DNA of 64,000 nucleotides from an uncultured Spirochaetota bacterium (GTDB lineage Bacteria; Spirochaetota; Spirochaetia; SZUA-6; Fen-1364): NCBI GenBank assembly GCA_963781885.1, contig CAWAHW010000006.1, positions 128,001 to 192,000 of the forward strand, read 5' to 3'. Shown piece by piece: positions 41,595 to 51,236 of this stretch (position 1 is its first letter; each line of letters starts with the position of its first letter). The notes under the pieces were generated by a model. It saw only the letters and a program-made list of their open reading frames with translations, ran no database searches and was not told where the DNA came from. The position numbers and the translations under genes were made by a program.

Positions 41595-42783
41595 ATGTCT
41601 TGGGACGCTCTTCTTCGCGGCGTACAAGCCGGACATTCAAAACTATGACACGACTAAACAGCAACAAGCGGATGAGGCCCAACGCCAACGTGATGAGGCT
41701 GCCCGCAAGATACAACTTGCTCTTGCACAAGCGGCAAGTGACAGGGAGGCAAAAACTCTCGCTGATACGGAGGCTCTGAACGCTCCACCCTCAGACACTC
41801 AAGTTCAAACGGGCATCGATGAAGGAACTGGGGCAGGACTATATACGACTCAGCATACTCCTGGTGGAATGAACTATGAGAAGGCTCAAGCCGACATCGC
41901 GTTGAGCAAGGCCCAGGCGGAAGCTCTCGCCCGCAAAGAGGGCTTGAACCTCGATCAGACCTTTCACGCCTATGATGAAGACATTCCTATGAATGAGAAA
42001 GCGGCGGACGGTAGCGTTGTTCCACGCAATAAGTCAGCAATAGATGCGGATGTCCAGAAGGCATACGACCGGTGGTACGCAGCTCAAGCCTTGAATGCAG
42101 GACCAAAGGAAAAGCCTCCGATCACGGAGAAAGAAGCACTCATATTTGACAAGAGCGGCAGAGCCATCTATGCAAATGGACAGTTACTCGGCCCTACCCT
42201 CGATGATGCGGCCTCAAAAGCTGCTGCTGGATACAACTGGTCAACTCTGAAAGCCGACATTAACTCTGGAAAGATAAAGGGTGCTGACCTCGATAAAGTG
42301 TATCAGAATATGGCTCGTACTGTTTTGGGAGCCATCAAAGTCACCGATCCAACTCGTCGAGATGAATACACACAGGCTATTGTCAACTATCTCAAGGACG
42401 TGGCAAATGCTCCCGAGCCTGTGACACCTCCCGCACCTCAACCAGCAAGACCTGGTGTCAGCCTTTCTGGCACCAACATTCCTCCAGCCAATGCGGGTGT
42501 CCTTCCAGCGGCGGCGGCCCATCCGAACTACATTCAAACTGGAACAGGTGAAGTGAAAGATATAGGTCTTCCAGCAGGTGTGGACTCGATGTATGAACAA
42601 GGAGTCTGGAAGTTGGCAAAAGCTATTCAGAATGCAGGCAAAAACCTTCCTTCATCTGACGCCCAAACCGTGAATGACATTCTTGCTGATATAGAACAGC
42701 CTGGAACTACCAAGTCAAACGTGTTGATCTTGATGCAAAAATTGAACGATCTCGCCAAGCGAAACAACATCTCAACGAAATAG
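41595..42783 (+). CDS. Putative ejection / internal virion protein 2 (shift near 41634)
   Basis: AAGGAG RBS, MSWDALLRGVQAG start, then QQQADEAQRQR coiled coil. Confidence 0.55.
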
Positions 42784-42794
42784 GGCGTCTGTAA

Positions 42795-45791
42795 ATGGCC
42801 AGTGACAGCATCCTCAAAGATAACCAAAGCTACTCTCTCCTGAGCCCTGACAGAACGGCTTCTCTTTTTGACGCCAATAGCACTGGTAGTTTGTTTGGTA
42901 AGTCCGTCGAATATCCAAATGACCCTTCCGTCATTCAACGAAAGATCGCCGACCAAGAACAAGAAGCTAAGATGTTGGGTGCTCCCCTACCATCTCCCGA
43001 AGGCAAGACGTGGTCTCGATGGGATATGTTGAATGTCGCTCGCCAGCCCATCACTGAAATGCTCTATACCGCCAGCAAAGAAGCTGGACAAGGCGGCATC
43101 AACTGGGGTGACGTTCTCAAAAGTGCGGTAATGGGCGTTGCCGCAGACCTGCCTGGACTTGGCAATACCATCGGTCCCGCCTACCGACATACCTCAGCCG
43201 ATGTTATTCGTCTTCTCTTTCCAAATGCTCCTGAATGGGTAGCTCGTGTTGGTGGTCTCGCTGGAGACATCATTACGGACCCTCTCACCTACGTCTCATT
43301 TGGAGCTGCGGGTGGGGCGAAAGGAGCCGCTGAAGCTGCTCACGTTGGAGAAGAGTTTGCAGCCAAGACCGGTGCCAGTGTGGCGGATGAGATTGCAAAG
43401 ACGGGAGTATCAAAAACCGCTCAGGCTTTGGTGGATGAATTTGGTGGCTCCACTTGGAAGGAAGCGCTTCAAAGGGCAACGACACAAGCCACTCGACAAG
43501 CGGGCAACTACGGTCTGCGCCTTGGCATTCCATTCACCGATGTTGGAACGACCATCGCAAAAGGTGCTCCTACCGACTGGGTTGGAAACCTTCTCAAGAA
43601 CCTTGGCGCTCCCGAAGCTGGAAAGGCAGTCCAAGGCATCGGAACGACGATAACCAAACTTCCAGTTGTTTCCAATCTCAACCGTGCCTTCAACACCGCC
43701 GCTGATCTTGGACCATTTGCCGCCGTCAAGGATACAATGAAAGAAGCCGCCGCCAAGACTGGAATGCAACTGGAAACATACGGCAACCAGCTCAAGTCCA
43801 TTCTTTCTGGCGCTGATGAAACTCTCAAGACTGCTATCAACACGCCAGAAGTCGCTCAGTTTTTCAAAAATGTTGAAGGCGTAAAGCCTGATGCGAATGG
43901 CTTGTTGGAGATGGTTCGCCGCTATTGGGACAGAGGAGAAGAACTGCCCGATGCCATAAAGCCCGTAGGCGACAGCATCAAGCAAGTGCTCGACGATGTT
44001 GGGCAGCAACTTGTCGATAGGAATATGCTCAAGCCAGAAGACTTGCTGGCCAACTACTTCCCTCGATACTACGAGAAGAATGGTCGGCTTGCCACGCTCA
44101 CCGTCCAACAGAACCCGCTCACGGCCACTTTCTTTCGAGATCGTGAGTTTGAAACGATGGAAGAAGCTATGGCGAATGGCTTCAAGCCCGTAGACCCTAT
44201 CAACTCCTTGCGCCTCTACCTCGATAGATCGGCTCGCATCACCAACAACTACGATATGATGAAAGGCATTGTCGAGCAGTACGGAAAGGTCCTTCCGGGC
44301 ACTCATCTTTCTGGCAAGAACCTCAACGACTTCGAGAAGGCTGGTTTTCAACCACTTGAAGTTCCTGGTTTCACGGGGACTGTTGTTCCTTCTGAGATCG
44401 CCGATACCCTGAATGAAACCTATAAGGTCGTCACCAACCCCACTGAGGCGACCAAGTTCCTCAACTTTATGAATGGCGTCCAGAATATGTGGAAAAAGCA
44501 GGCGACCGTTCTTCGCCCTGGCTTCCACCTCCGCAACGCCCAGTCAAATGCGTGGACCTATGCTTTCAAGGATGGGCCTACCATCAAGAACGCAGAACTC
44601 TACCAAAAGGCAATGCAGATATGGAGAGGCGCTGGAAGGGATGCACCTCTTACGATCAAGTTGGATGGTGAAGCCGTTACACATTCCCTGAATGACTGGT
44701 ATGAGATGTTCCGTGGGGCTGGTATTCATACAGGACAGTTTTCCCGTGCCGACTTGGATGCCGTCGCACGTGTCGCTCAGAAAGCTCCAAACCTTGTCCA
44801 AAAGGCGTTGAAGGTTCCTGAAACCGCTGGATCATTCGTTGAGAATACTTTCCGTATCGCCTCTGGACTGGCCGATATGAACAAGGGCCTATCCATCGCC
44901 GATGCCGCCAAGAACGTCAAGAAATGGTTTCTGGACTATGGCGATCTCACAAAGACCGAGCAGTCGATAAGAAAGTTTCTTCCTTTCTACACCTGGCTCA
45001 AGAAGAACCTTACCAACCAGCTCACGGCGATGTTCACCACGCCTGGAAAGTATTCGGCCTTTACAATCAAGCCCTTGAAGGCACTGGACTTCAACACACC
45101 AGAACAACAACAACTGCTTCCAGCTTGGCAAAAACAAGGAATGGCCATCAACCCTCTTGGCTTGAAAGACGCTTCTGGAAACCCCATCGAATTGACGAAT
45201 GGACTTCCCTTCACGGATGTCCAACAGGTTGCCCAAGGTGGTCCACTTTCAAGCCTCGTCAATATGATAAAGGGTGGTCTCTCACCTCTTCTCAAGACAC
45301 CCATCGAAGAGATGACCAATACTTCCTTGTACGACAACAAACCAATTGCTCAGAATGAGTTTTCTGTTACCCCTGTTCCTGCTGCACTGGACCCTATTGT
45401 ATCCGTCATTCCCGACGCCATCAAACAACAACTCGGCCTCAAGCAAGATGCCACTGGCAGATGGAATGGACCTTCAAAATGGATCTACGCTCTCAGCCAA
45501 ATGACACCGCTGGTCAACATATTCAACCCATTGGCAACTATGGCTGGCGTTCCAGGAAGCCCATATGAGGCTCAGAAAGTTCCCTATGCGCTTCTTTCTT
45601 CGACGGCAGGCGTATCTGGACGACCTCTCGATGTTCAAGCTCAAAAGATCAAAGCCCTCAAGCAAAGACTCACGGACCTTCAGAACACGAACCGAACGGC
45701 GCTGCAAGATAAACTAAACTTCTCCCAACGAGAGCAGGGCGTTCCTTTGCAGGTCAAACTCGCTCAGTTCAAAAAGTATTTAGGACTATGA
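42795..45791 (+). CDS. Large internal virion / ejection protein
   Basis: 998 aa; DIITDPLTY, NYFPR, PGFHLRN, FLDYGDLT..E..IRKFLPFYTW typical of podoviral core proteins. Confidence 0.7.
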   Translation: MASDSILKDNQSYSLLSPDRTASLFDANSTGSLFGKSVEYPNDPSVIQRKIADQEQEAKMLGAPLPSPEGKTWSRWDMLNVARQPITEMLYTASKEAGQGGINWGDVLKSAVMGVAADLPGLGNTIGPAYRHTSADVIRLLFPNAPEWVARVGGLAGDIITDPLTYVSFGAAGGAKGAAEAAHVGEEFAAKTGASVADEIAKTGVSKTAQALVDEFGGSTWKEALQRATTQATRQAGNYGLRLGIPFTDVGTTIAKGAPTDWVGNLLKNLGAPEAGKAVQGIGTTITKLPVVSNLNRAFNTAADLGPFAAVKDTMKEAAAKTGMQLETYGNQLKSILSGADETLKTAINTPEVAQFFKNVEGVKPDANGLLEMVRRYWDRGEELPDAIKPVGDSIKQVLDDVGQQLVDRNMLKPEDLLANYFPRYYEKNGRLATLTVQQNPLTATFFRDREFETMEEAMANGFKPVDPINSLRLYLDRSARITNNYDMMKGIVEQYGKVLPGTHLSGKNLNDFEKAGFQPLEVPGFTGTVVPSEIADTLNETYKVVTNPTEATKFLNFMNGVQNMWKKQATVLRPGFHLRNAQSNAWTYAFKDGPTIKNAELYQKAMQIWRGAGRDAPLTIKLDGEAVTHSLNDWYEMFRGAGIHTGQFSRADLDAVARVAQKAPNLVQKALKVPETAGSFVENTFRIASGLADMNKGLSIADAAKNVKKWFLDYGDLTKTEQSIRKFLPFYTWLKKNLTNQLTAMFTTPGKYSAFTIKPLKALDFNTPEQQQLLPAWQKQGMAINPLGLKDASGNPIELTNGLPFTDVQQVAQGGPLSSLVNMIKGGLSPLLKTPIEEMTNTSLYDNKPIAQNEFSVTPVPAALDPIVSVIPDAIKQQLGLKQDATGRWNGPSKWIYALSQMTPLVNIFNPLATMAGVPGSPYEAQKVPYALLSSTAGVSGRPLDVQAQKIKALKQRLTDLQNTNRTALQDKLNFSQREQGVPLQVKLAQFKKYLGL

Positions 45792-45792
45792 A

Positions 45793-46014
45793 ATGGAAAA
45801 AACACGAAAACCAAAAGACATATACGTGGACGAGACGGGCACAACCGCCATTTTTCATCCTGACTGGGACAGCACTTTCAGCTATGCGGTAGGAGACGTT
45901 GTATTCCGTAGCGGCAGCGTTTTTGCCTGCATCCAAGCGAGCAAAAACCAAGACCCACTCTCATCCCCGACATATTGGACAAACGCAACAGCTTACGCCG
46001 TCTATGCGTCCTAA
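45793..46014 (+). CDS. Small protein with CBM5/12 (ChtBD3)-like motif
   Basis: WDSTFSYAVGDVVFRSGSVFAC...P..SPTYW. Confidence 0.6.
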   Translation: MEKTRKPKDIYVDETGTTAIFHPDWDSTFSYAVGDVVFRSGSVFACIQASKNQDPLSSPTYWTNATAYAVYAS

Positions 46015-46027
46015 AGGAAAATGACAA

Positions 46028-46345
46028 ATGAAATGTTCCACTTGTGGGAAAAAACACAATAGGCGTGTCAATATGACGAAGGTTGATACGGAAGAATTGG
46101 ACAGCATCAAGTTGATAATGAATAAAAAGCAATGCACCGAACAAGCTTTCAAGACTATTACGGGCTTTCCAGAAGATGCTTCACAGGAAATGGTTTCCAA
46201 GTTCGTGAAGGCCATAATAGACAACAAAACTGAGGTCCAATTCCTCGAAGATGACTGGTGGAGCATTGTCTCCAAGAAATACGACGCCATCGGCGAAGTC
46301 TACATCGACTTCTCGGACGGAATGCTCTACTACTGGGACGAGTAG
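46028..46345 (+). CDS. CXXX-repeat peptide modification system protein-like
   Basis: KV..EE...I, WWSIVSKKY, IDFSDG.LY resemble that family (TIGR04116, from memory); adjacent to a CXXX-repeat gene. Confidence 0.65.
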   Translation: MKCSTCGKKHNRRVNMTKVDTEELDSIKLIMNKKQCTEQAFKTITGFPEDASQEMVSKFVKAIIDNKTEVQFLEDDWWSIVSKKYDAIGEVYIDFSDGMLYYWDE

Positions 46346-46368
46346 CTCCCTCAAGGGTCAAATAGAGA

Positions 46369-47521
46369 ATGTCTTATGAGTACAACTACACACAGAACAG
46401 ACCTCTTGTCGGCAAAAGCATAAAGGCTGTTGACTTCACGGAAACTCGCACCAACGGCAATACTCAGCGGACAAACCGTGGTCTCAGCCCAGTCTCTTGG
46501 TCTGCTGGCACCCCAACGACAGGCCAGAAGATCAAGGGTGCTCATATGCGAGACATCCGCTCCCTTGGAACGGGTCTCGTCAACTACGGCGGCTCCAACT
46601 TCGCTTTCACGGACACCATCATAGACAACATCACACGCATTCGTGCTCGTCATATGGAGGAGGTTCGTCAGGTTGTTGATGATTCCGCAAATGCGGCACG
46701 CTGCTTTACCTGCTCTTCTGCCTGTTCTATTGGTTGTACCAGCAATTGCCGATCCAACTGCCAAACTTCTTGTTCGACTGCGTGTGCAGGAAGCTGTGCG
46801 AACGCTTGCGGCGGGACGTGTTCTTCAGGCTGTAATAACGTCTGTACGGGTGCCTGCTCGGGAACGTGTGCATCTGGCTGTTCTGGCTATTGTTCTGGTG
46901 CCTGCGGCGGTTCCTGTGGCTCAAATTGCACTGGTATTTGTGCTCTTTCCTGCTCAAATCGTTGTGTAGGCGGTTGCTCCAACTCCTGCCGGCGGATCTT
47001 GTGCGGGCTATTGTCAGGGTAACGTTTGTTCGTCCTATTGTGCTGGTGATGCCTGCTCGACACTTTGCTTCAATGGGCGCGCGATCTCGGGGTGTGCAAA
47101 TAACTGCTGTCAGTTTTGCGCTCTTGGAGGGTGCACTAACCGCTGTGCCGATGGTTGCTATGGCAACTGCCAGGGCAATTGTGTTCAAGGTTGCTCAGGA
47201 ACCTGTGCTGAGGCGACTTGTACCGGTACCTGTGGTTCTGGATGCACGGCTCACTGTTCTGGTTCTGGATGTACTGGTTCTTGTGGGAGTGGTTGCTCTG
47301 GCACTTGCTCGGCTGCAACCTGTACCGGCACTTGTGGTGCTGCTTGTACTTCCTGCACTACGACCTGCACTGGAGGATGTTCATCCTCTTCTTGCACGAC
47401 CTCTTGCCTGGACAACTGCTCAACAACCTGTTTAGGCAACTGCTACAACTCCTGTTCATCTTCCTGTTACTCGGGTTGTTCAAACTCAGCGAGATACGGA
47501 CCAGATGCGGGATCACTATAA
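46369..47521 (+). CDS. Cys-Xaa3 repeat protein, ~383 aa (extra C near 46990)
   Basis: ~110-aa N-domain with three I(K/R)x..(F/M).(E/D).R repeats, then about 64 Cys mostly every fourth residue; ends ARYGPDAGSL-TAA. Confidence 0.85.
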
Positions 47522-47532
47522 GGAGAATGTAA

Positions 47533-47790
47533 ATGACTGATGATCAAGTAAACGCACTATTGGACAGATTGGATGCCATAGCCACCTTTTTGAAGCAGAC
47601 AATAGATGTGGCCGCTATGTCGATGCAACCTCCATCTCAATCGCAAGTCATATCTCAAGTGAGCAACCAACCGCTCGATGAATTCACCCTTTTATCTCAG
47701 AAGGTCCTTATTGAGCAGTGGAAACAGCAATTCGGTGAAGACAAGATAAATGCTTGGATACTCGAAGGAAAAGCATCTTTGGGAGTGTAA
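47533..47790 (+). CDS. Hypothetical phage protein
   Basis: AAGGAG RBS; 85-aa ORF. Confidence 0.55.
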   Translation: MTDDQVNALLDRLDAIATFLKQTIDVAAMSMQPPSQSQVISQVSNQPLDEFTLLSQKVLIEQWKQQFGEDKINAWILEGKASLGV

Positions 47791-47791
47791 A

Positions 47792-48241
47792 ATGTCGGAC
47801 CTAATAGATCGCCGCGATAATAACCCGTTCAAGGAACTCATTCAGCTTTATGTTCTCCCTGAACTCAAACGACTTGAAGAGGTTTTCAACGTGAAACTGA
47901 CCGCCATCAACGAAAAACTTGACGACTTCAAGAAGGAACTGGATGAGAGCAGGCAGGAGACAAAAGATGAACTCAAAGAAGCCTATCACTGTATCGAAAA
48001 CGTAAGTGATGCTACCGAAAAACGCATTGATGGTTTGGAAAAGCGTGTTGATGAACTCGAAAAATCTGGCCCAAGCAATGCCCAACGGTTCCTTCGTTGG
48101 ATCGGAGGGACAGTTGGGGTATTGGTCGTGGCTGGCCTCCTTACCCTCGCTTGCTATGGGATCATTCATTACTTGGAAAATGTTCCCACCATTGGCAACC
48201 ACCCAAACACTCAGCAGACCACGATACCAGGAGGTCCATAA
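47792..48241 (+). CDS. Coiled-coil protein with C-terminal TM (possible lysis/holin-associated)
   Basis: RIDGLEKRVDELEK followed by IGGTVGVLVVAGLLTLACYGII. Confidence 0.5.
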   Translation: MSDLIDRRDNNPFKELIQLYVLPELKRLEEVFNVKLTAINEKLDDFKKELDESRQETKDELKEAYHCIENVSDATEKRIDGLEKRVDELEKSGPSNAQRFLRWIGGTVGVLVVAGLLTLACYGIIHYLENVPTIGNHPNTQQTTIPGGP

Positions 48242-48344
48242 TGCCGGAGTACGTCACTTTCAGGCGAACCGCTTCAAAGATAATACTACAGCGCAATAAG
48301 CGCCTTACCCTTACTCAATTCAGTCCTTTTGGGAGGCAAAAAGT

Positions 48345-49992
48345 ATGCAAACGTCAAAAGTATTTCAACAGAACCTTTGGAAAGAGACACTGGAAACGAC
48401 GACTATCACCACCGCCGCCGACAGTGGCGGCTCTTTGGCTGGAAAGTCGTTCAAGTTCTATGGTGTTAGTAAAACAGGAACCTCGAAAGGGTATCAGCCT
48501 TATTTCGCCGTTTCTGGCGCTGGTACAGATCCAACCATCGGAACCTTCGAGAGTGACAGCATCACCTGGAGAGCAGACAGCGGTGGCGACTATGCCAGCA
48601 AGTATCTCACTCTAAATGATGGTCCATCTACTGCCGTCGTTCCCTACTACATCTATTTCACGGTTGGTGGTGCTGGATACGATCCCAAGGTCGGAAGGCA
48701 AGAGGTCTCCTCCGTTACCTGCGTGGCGGATGTCTCTCGCAACCTGTCTGGCAAATACTTCACCATTCGTGCAGGTTCAGACAGTCCCTACTATGTCTGG
48801 TACAAGGTATCCGGAGGAACAGATACCGACCCTGCTCCTGGTGGAACTGGTATTGCCGTCTACATCCAGCTGAATGCAACGGCCCAACAAGTCGCCTATT
48901 CAACATATCAGGCGCTTGCTGCACAAGGACGGTTGCTTTGGACACTCCCTATTCCGTCTGCCGCAATTCTGACCATTACGTCTGTCACGCCATATGCAGA
49001 GACGGACGCTGCCGCTGGTACTTCGGGTTTCACGGTAAGCGTCACAACTCAAGGTATCTCGCCCATCGGAGCACTATCAACAAAGACACTCTTGAAGGCC
49101 ATCGACATCACTTCTGGTGATACTGCCGCCAACGTTGGAACCAAGTTTGTTGCTGCTATGAATGGATACTCTGGATGGACTGCTTCTGGCACTTCTCCGT
49201 CTACGCTGGTTCATCCAACCCGTGGAAACACAACCAACACCGCTGATGGAAACATCACGGGTCTGACCATCACTCCTACCGATGGAACCGATCCAACGAC
49301 TTCCACATTTGAAAGCATTCAAGTTGCCATTGCCACCAACGACACGGCAAACACCGTCGCAACTGCCATTCGTGCCGCCATCAATGCTCGTACCGGTGAT
49401 CCCGTTGGTTATCCAACCAAGTTTACCGTCTTGGCATCTGGTTCCACCAACTCCGTTGTGCTCATAAACAGATGGCCCAATAACACGGTCACAGCGACCG
49501 CAGATGTCAATACCGGTATGGACGATCACTCGAACCACCACTGGCGCTGTTTGGGCGGCTGGAGACTGCAATATGGGCGGTGCTTCATCAGGGGTTGAGT
49601 TCAACTGGAAACCTGATGTCACGGAAGTCATCTATCTTCACGAAATGGTCTTCCAGATGTATATGGCATCCATCACGGACGGAACCAAGTTTGCGGCTAT
49701 GGCGAGCGCCCTGACCAACGGTTTGTACACAGAGATCGTCAATAAGGACGGATCGACGCAGGTTCTCAAGCTTACGCCAACCATTTACAACAACTCTCAG
49801 CTTTCTCAACTTGGTTTCTCGGCTGGTACTATCGGCTTGAACGTCGTTTACAACCTGCAAGATGCCTTCGGGGGAGAAGTTCCTATCAACGGATATGTTG
49901 GTGAGTATGTGCGGATCAAGACGCAAGATGCTCTGACGAGTGTCAACAACATCTATGTCCATCTTCGGGGACACTACAAGGATGAGAAATAA
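48345..49992 (+). CDS. Thr/Gly-rich probable virion protein with nested repeats (extra base near 49520)
   Basis: GGAGG RBS; three A half-repeats followed by three B half-repeats; shifted frame continues to TAA at 49992. Confidence 0.7.
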
Positions 49993-50186
49993 TGCCTGTA
50001 CATCAAGTGGTTCAGGATGGCAAGGTCATTGGATATAGGTACGGCGAAACGGGAAAACTCTACACGATAGCCGAATGTGGATCAGATGCCGCCGCTCGGT
50101 TCAAGGCTATAATGCAGGCTCGTGCCATAGAACAGTCACAACAACAAGCAGGTCAAACACCTAGTATAAATAGAAAGGGGACTTGA
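49992..50186 (+). CDS. Small hypothetical phage protein
   Basis: TAATG coupling; MPVHQV...GYRYGETGKLY...QARAI. Confidence 0.55.
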   Translation: MPVHQVVQDGKVIGYRYGETGKLYTIAECGSDAAARFKAIMQARAIEQSQQQAGQTPSINRKGT

Positions 50187-50198
50187 GCCCTCACACAT

Positions 50199-51236
50199 TT
50201 ACTTATCCGCTATGTTAAGGCGCTTCCGCGTTCGTCTATCTCTCCAACGTCTCATAAACTGGTCCACAAGGAATGCTATATTGGGATCGACGCTATCTTT
50301 ACGGATTGTGGTTTCGATTACTTCTGCAATCAGCTTTGCTTGCCCTTGTACCGCCTTTAGCACCTCATCTTTCGTGTACTGGGGCGAGTCAATGCTCAGC
50401 ATCAGAGTTTCAAGACCAATAATGAAGTCCAGGAGCATTGATAAACTCTTGTTTGCCTCTATCCCGATATCAATTACTTGCTGAACAGTCATTTCCTTGG
50501 TGACATGGATGTAAATGTCAGCATCCAAGACACCAGCAGTCGTAATCACTGCGTTTTCGTTGGGAAATCTTTTCAAGTATTCCTTTTTAAGATGTATGTA
50601 GGCCATTGTAGTCATCCGAGCAATTAGACTGAAATTATCCGTTGCGCCCAGGGCATCCAAAATCTGATGACCAAGATAAATATCATTTGCGCTTCCTTCA
50701 AGAACTGAAACCTCCAAAGGCTTGCCACTCTTCTTCAGATAATTCTCAACAAGATTGGAGAAGTATTTAACCCGCATTTGACCATCAACATTGAATACTG
50801 TTCCAGTTGGGATTTGATCAACTTCAGAGGGATCTATACCATATATCTCCCATATCTCATTAGGCAGCTCTTCCGACTCTGGTTTCGTGTCGTATTTTTC
50901 TATCATTGTAAGAAACCATACAACAACATCTGGAAATGCTGCTAACATCCAAAGAGGAACAAAAGACGGTCGTTTGGGAGGATCGTTCAGTATGTATATG
51001 CTTGGTGAGAACTTCAAAGAGGCATATTTAGCGGAGAGACCATAAGATCTGATTTTGTCTTGAAACAAGCCAAGAATGTTCTCCCCAAATGCTTGAGGAC
51101 TAATCCTTCTTTGGCACAAGAATGTAATGACGTTCATTGACTTCTTCCTCGCATACGATTTTCCTTCCAGGTATTTCGATGCTGAGAACATTTCGCCAAT
51201 CCTGATCGAGCGCCATTCCTTATCTCCTCTTGTCAT
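50199..51236 (-). CDS. AT-rich hypothetical protein downstream of the methyltransferase
   Basis: 345-aa ORF with no recognised motif. Confidence 0.6.
   Translation of the reverse strand: MTRGDKEWRSIRIGEMFSASKYLEGKSYARKKSMNVITFLCQRRISPQAFGENILGLFQDKIRSYGLSAKYASLKFSPSIYILNDPPKRPSFVPLWMLAAFPDVVVWFLTMIEKYDTKPESEELPNEIWEIYGIDPSEVDQIPTGTVFNVDGQMRVKYFSNLVENYLKKSGKPLEVSVLEGSANDIYLGHQILDALGATDNFSLIARMTTMAYIHLKKEYLKRFPNENAVITTAGVLDADIYIHVTKEMTVQQVIDIGIEANKSLSMLLDFIIGLETLMLSIDSPQYTKDEVLKAVQGQAKLIAEVIETTIRKDSVDPNIAFLVDQFMRRWRDRRTRKRLNIADK

Noticed and set aside
40618-42783. 721-aa single ORF
   Set aside because: Compensating indels join the end of fibre C and two separate genes, each with its own AAGGAG RBS and ATG (40861, 41595).
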